The position numbers and the translations under genes were made by a program. This document shows positions 61,560-64,000 of a DNA stretch of 64,000 nucleotides, piece after piece (the first letter of the stretch is position 1; each line of letters opens with the position of its first letter). The stretch spans positions 8,370,001 through 8,434,000 of the forward strand of contig NW_026262690.1 in the NCBI RefSeq assembly GCF_021869535.1. The letters run 5' to 3'. A model generated the notes under the pieces. The model had not been told where the DNA came from, did not search any database, and saw only the letters and a list, made by a program, of their open reading frames with translations. This DNA is from Mytilus californianus. Taxonomy: Eukaryota.

Positions 61560-61945
61560 TTGTTAATGTGTCTTTTTGATCGAGTTACGCCATTTCAATT
61601 GATATTTTATAGAGTGTCTTTCTATGTTGTAATGTTACACTACTGTTTCAGGTTAGGGTGAAGGTTGGCGCCTGTTAAAACGTTTAAACCCGCTGTATTT
61701 GTTTGCACCTGTCCTAAGTCAGGAACCTGTTGTTCAGTGGTTGTCGTTTGTTGATGTGGTTCAAAAGTGTTTCTCGTTTCTCGTTTTTTATATTGATTAG
61801 ACCGTTGGTTTTATAGCTTGCTGTTCGGTGTGAGCCAAGGCTCCGTGTTGAATACCGTACTTTGACCTATAATTGTTAACTTTGTACACATTGTGACTTG
61901 GATGGAGTGTTGTCTCATTGGCACTCATACCACATCTTCTTATTT
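61560..61945 (+). mobile_element. Family A' interspersed repeat copy
   Basis: Close match to 13050-13470; ends GTTGTCTCATTGGCACTCATACCACATCTTCTTAT. Confidence 0.75.
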
Positions 61946-62094
61946 CTAGTGAATCAGTTTTCTTTTTTTATAATGATGCGGTAACTATCAAAAATGTCTA
62001 AGAATATAATTTTACCACGATAATTAGGTGTTATACACATTTTTGTTATATTTCATAAAGATTATCTACTTTTTCTTACGTCCAAATGAAACTT

Positions 62095-62830
62095 GCACAG
62101 CTGGTCGTTTTTATAGATTTCCAAAACTCCATACAGAAGAGGAAAGACCTATCAGTATCAGCCAATGGTCATCCTACCGGGAAAACAAATTCTGAATTCG
62201 CTGATCACCCCCTTAGGTCCCATGTTAGAAAAATGCAATCCTACATTCAAGATACAACGGATCATTTGAATAAAATGGATTCATCAAATCTTTACCTAAC
62301 AACACAATTTTGGTTTCGATGTATGCATGTTCCTTATGCAATAATATTTCAAAAAACGAAGGAAAAGCCGGTTGTGGAAAGGTATAGAACACTCGTAATG
62401 TTAAGGATCCCCAACCGAATGTCTGATTCAGTTACGTAAGCTAAATTGGAAGTGCTCGAAAATAACAACTTTGTTTTGAACAACCAGCACTTCTTGGCGG
62501 TATCAGCATGGGAACACAATGGCACCTTATTTGCCTAAAGTGGAACGATACGGTAGAACATCTACATAGTTTTCGAGATTATCATAATAAATTCAAATTT
62601 CATCTATAAAAAAATTCAAACTAGAAAATTGATTTGCTCGACACCACCATAGTTTTAAAAACAGAGTCATGACAACTGATCTTTACACAAAGAAAACTAT
62701 CAAACACAAATTTCTCTTTCTGAAGAGTTGCCATCCGAAACTCCTGGAGCATTCCGTACTGTCAAGACACCAGCCGTAAGCAAAATTGATCCTCGGATTT
62801 AAAAACTTGACCCAACAAGAACAAAAAAAT
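62095..62830 (+). mobile_element. Degenerate Penelope/Poseidon-type RT fragment
   Basis: VSANGHPT....EFADHPLRSHV....SYIQDTTDHLNK, then ENNNFVLN, SMGTQ.APY and KSCHP...SIPYCQ in shifted frames. Confidence 0.7.
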
Positions 62831-63401
62831 AAACTAGTTTTCGGTAAGCCCTGGAAAAGAAAGGAAGATATTCCTAGAATACAAAGATAAGACGACCCAT
62901 ACATGTAAAATTCAGTCTGATGCTACCTTTAATCTCGATCTGACAAATATTCACAAGCGATGTTGTCTAATGGAAAAGTATCCTATCTTTAAAACAGATT
63001 TTTTCATCAACTCCTGTGATAGCCTTCCACAGTCCCACAAATCTCATAAAATGGCAGTTACATCAAAGATAAAAAAAAATTAAAAAAACAACAACAACAA
63101 CAACAACAAGAGACGACAATCGGAGGTTACAAACCATGCGAATGTAGCAATTGTAGGTGCTGTAAAGCTGATTTTTTTTTCGTCAGCACAGTAACAAAGA
63201 AGCAATACAAATTTAGACAACATCCAACTGTTGGAAAATTGTATTTATGTTCTTACCTCTGAAACTTGTATACCCAAGAAAAATCACGAGGCACCCCTTA
63301 AGAACAAGGCATTCTTTTGAAAATATCTCCTGTCAAATAACGGAGATAACCAAAATTGGAACACAAAAGGTAGAAAACAAAGATAAATGTATTTCGAATG
63401 T

Positions 63402-63461
63402 ACCAGATACGTACTCTTGAACCTCATTGTCACCAGATACGTACTCTTGAACCTCATTGTC
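63402..63461 (+). repeat. 30-bp perfect tandem duplication
   Basis: ACCAGATACGTACTCTTGAACCTCATTGTC x2. Confidence 0.9.
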
Positions 63462-64000
63462 CCAATAAGATAGATAAGCAACAATTTTATAATAAATGAA
63501 AGGAATAAATCTTGAATGTCATATAATTTACACAGCACACAGATCTGTACGTACGAACTGTACAATAAACTACAAAAATTTCATGTCAGTCTCTGATTAC
63601 ATCTGGATAAATGCTCGTGCCTGATGAAACGAGTTTGCCTAACGAAATATTGCGTGAATTTATATGAAATATAACAAGTATATTTATAACACCTAATAAG
63701 CGTGTTAAACATTTATATTTATACATGGGTATTGGATCTGGTGTAGTGGTTAAAACCCCTGTCTCTGGATGCTAGGCGCATGGTCGTCGAAGGATGTATA
63801 AAATGGTTGCAAGTACTTCTCTCCAGAGGTGACTTAAACATCAAATCTGTTTGTACAGATGATGTTGAGGGTGGAAATTACTATGACATTGTTTGGTTAA
63901 ACTATTATGCCTTTGTATATATCTACATTGTAGTAATATGCGTACATTAAGAATGCCGTGGTCTATATTTGATATTTGTTTGTTTTGTTTTTTTATTAAG

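Noticed and set aside
63615-63670. Hammerhead-like CTGATGA...GAAA
   Set aside because: No pairable stem II or stem I and no valid NUH triplet. Similar partial matches near 13035 and 33070-33105 (minus strand) also fail.
63728-63790. tRNA gene (A-box-like TGGTGTAGTGG)
   Set aside because: No B-box or cloverleaf; at most a decayed SINE head.

Overview
AT-rich, repeat-dense animal genomic DNA. The repeat families and gene content suggest a bivalve, probably a mytilid mussel (inference). Host genes: two tandem + strand TNF-superfamily (TRAIL/TNFSF10-like) type II membrane ligand genes, reconstructed by hand. Gene 1 CDS is 28473-29060, 30549-30585, 31063-31179, 31684-32102 (386 aa). Gene 2 CDS is (48297-48299), 48409-48999, 51962-51998, 52443-52565, 52704-53119 (389 aa). 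There is also an apparently orphan - strand exon (14471-14553) matching the C-terminus of receptor guanylyl cyclases. The rest is transposon material: Penelope-like (Naiad-type and Poseidon-type) RT fragments, a DIRS-like gag remnant, a Mutator-like transposase plus DEDDh exonuclease remnant, several MITEs with readable TIRs/TSDs, a canonical non-autonomous Helitron, Helentron-type HINE elements carrying satellite arrays, and about ten mini/satellite arrays. The strongest signal is a 5'-truncated Naiad-type Penelope retroelement (38877-40950, - strand). Its RT frame is open for 476 codons except for one in-frame TGA (39736-39738), at a position that is Cys (TGC) in a sister copy. Its 3' UTR holds a well-formed type II SECIS hairpin (39403-39469), which points to a selenocysteine-recoding retrotransposon. 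All calls are by eye; no searches were run.
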